A stretch of DNA of 64,000 nt from Lytechinus pictus (taxonomy: Eukaryota), in the NCBI RefSeq assembly GCF_037042905.1, contig NC_087259.1, positions 5,828,001 to 5,892,000 on the forward strand. The letters are read 5' to 3'. The translations under genes and the position numbers were made by a program. This document shows, piece by piece, positions 63,059-64,000 of this stretch. Under the pieces are notes generated by a model. It saw only the letters and a program-made list of their open reading frames with translations, was not told the origin of the DNA and did no database searches. The stretch's first letter is position 1; the number at the start of each line of letters is the position of its first letter.

Positions 63059-63966
63059 TCCGTTCCGAACTAAACCTTAATTGAGATAAATGATTTTGGT
63101 TATACTCATTGATATTTTTACTCTTTCCATTAATCGATACCAGCTATGCCTGTGTCCAGTGCTCTTTTGTACTACATTCAAATAAAAGGAAATGCTATCC
63201 GCACTTTATCTTTCAATATCTATTGAATATATAAATTAACATCAACAGTTACAAAATAATTACAAATACAAAATTACAAACCATGGAAAAAATAAAAAAA
63301 AGACAATTATATACACAAAGCAACCGGGAATGGAACATTAATATAATTAGGTACTCAAATCAAATCTCCAGTTTCGGAAATGGAGAGCGAGGTTTTTTTT
63401 TTCTTGACAAGATAATCATTTAAAGTCCATGCTACATTTCAACCGAGCCTTGAAACCATCGACACTCAAAGGGTTCATTTTGAAATTAACAGATAAATAT
63501 GTAATATTTTAACAGGAGAAATATATATAAGTTAAAAATTTATCCCATAGTATACCAAACATTTTCTGAAAAGTGGAAGCTTTGTGGTACGTGATCCGGC
63601 TCCATTACATTGCATATCAAAGACCAATGTCGGGTAAAGAAAAAGAAATAGATGAAAAATGATCTACAAGCAATTTGTAAATTGGGTAAAACATGAGAGC
63701 TCTTGGTAGGTTAATATGTATGGAGGATTGCTATTCATTCAATGTAACCAGTATGGAAGGCAGTAGAAATACCTGTACTTCGTTCTTCAGGCTCAGAAAA
63801 CCCTGCAGACCCGATACGCCGTTTTCTCTTTAAAAAAAAAACTTTTTTGTTTGTTTTGTGTTATTTTTTATTTTCGGGCGATCGAAGTTTCGATGACGGC
63901 TTTAAAATAGTACGCATGCCACTCAAAATTGTAATTTGTCTAGAGCGGAGACTTACTCCTAACACT

Positions 63967-64000
63967 CTGGCCCGTATTCTGAAGTCGGGTTTAACTTAAA
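63967..64000. mobile_element. Start of another CTGGCCCGTATTCTGAAGTC MITE (runs off the window)
   Basis: Nearly identical to the start at 41470. Confidence 0.75.

Noticed and set aside
63060-63960. First coding exon of NXPE-B
   Set aside because: No minus-strand hydrophobic signal-anchor exon with a phase 0 donor was found; it is probably outside the window.

Overview
AT-rich eukaryotic (animal) genomic DNA; the repeat content suggests an echinoderm, probably a sea urchin (inference). Two paralogous NXPE-family genes (neurexophilin/PC-esterase, SGNH fold, intact GDS...DxxH motifs) lie tail-to-tail. Gene A (+) has five coding exons at 20209-35964 (589 aa by my splice model). Gene B (-) has four coding exons at 57776-51737, and its first exon was not found in the window. 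Most of the remainder is nested mobile DNA: a decayed Mag/SURL-type Gypsy element with both LTRs and a TSD, several CR1/L2-group LINEs, a Naiad-type Penelope fragment with a hammerhead ribozyme, tRNA-derived SINEs and many MITEs. The most notable observations are (1) two copies of a SINE whose head resembles the 7SL/Alu domain and is fused to a Deu/Nin core, (2) a non-coding element joining inverted tRNA-like modules to a Penelope-type hammerhead tail, and (3) a 189-bp near-identical tract between the otherwise diverged NXPE paralogs, suggesting gene conversion. Coordinates were read by eye, and ends without a TSD may be off by several to tens of bases.
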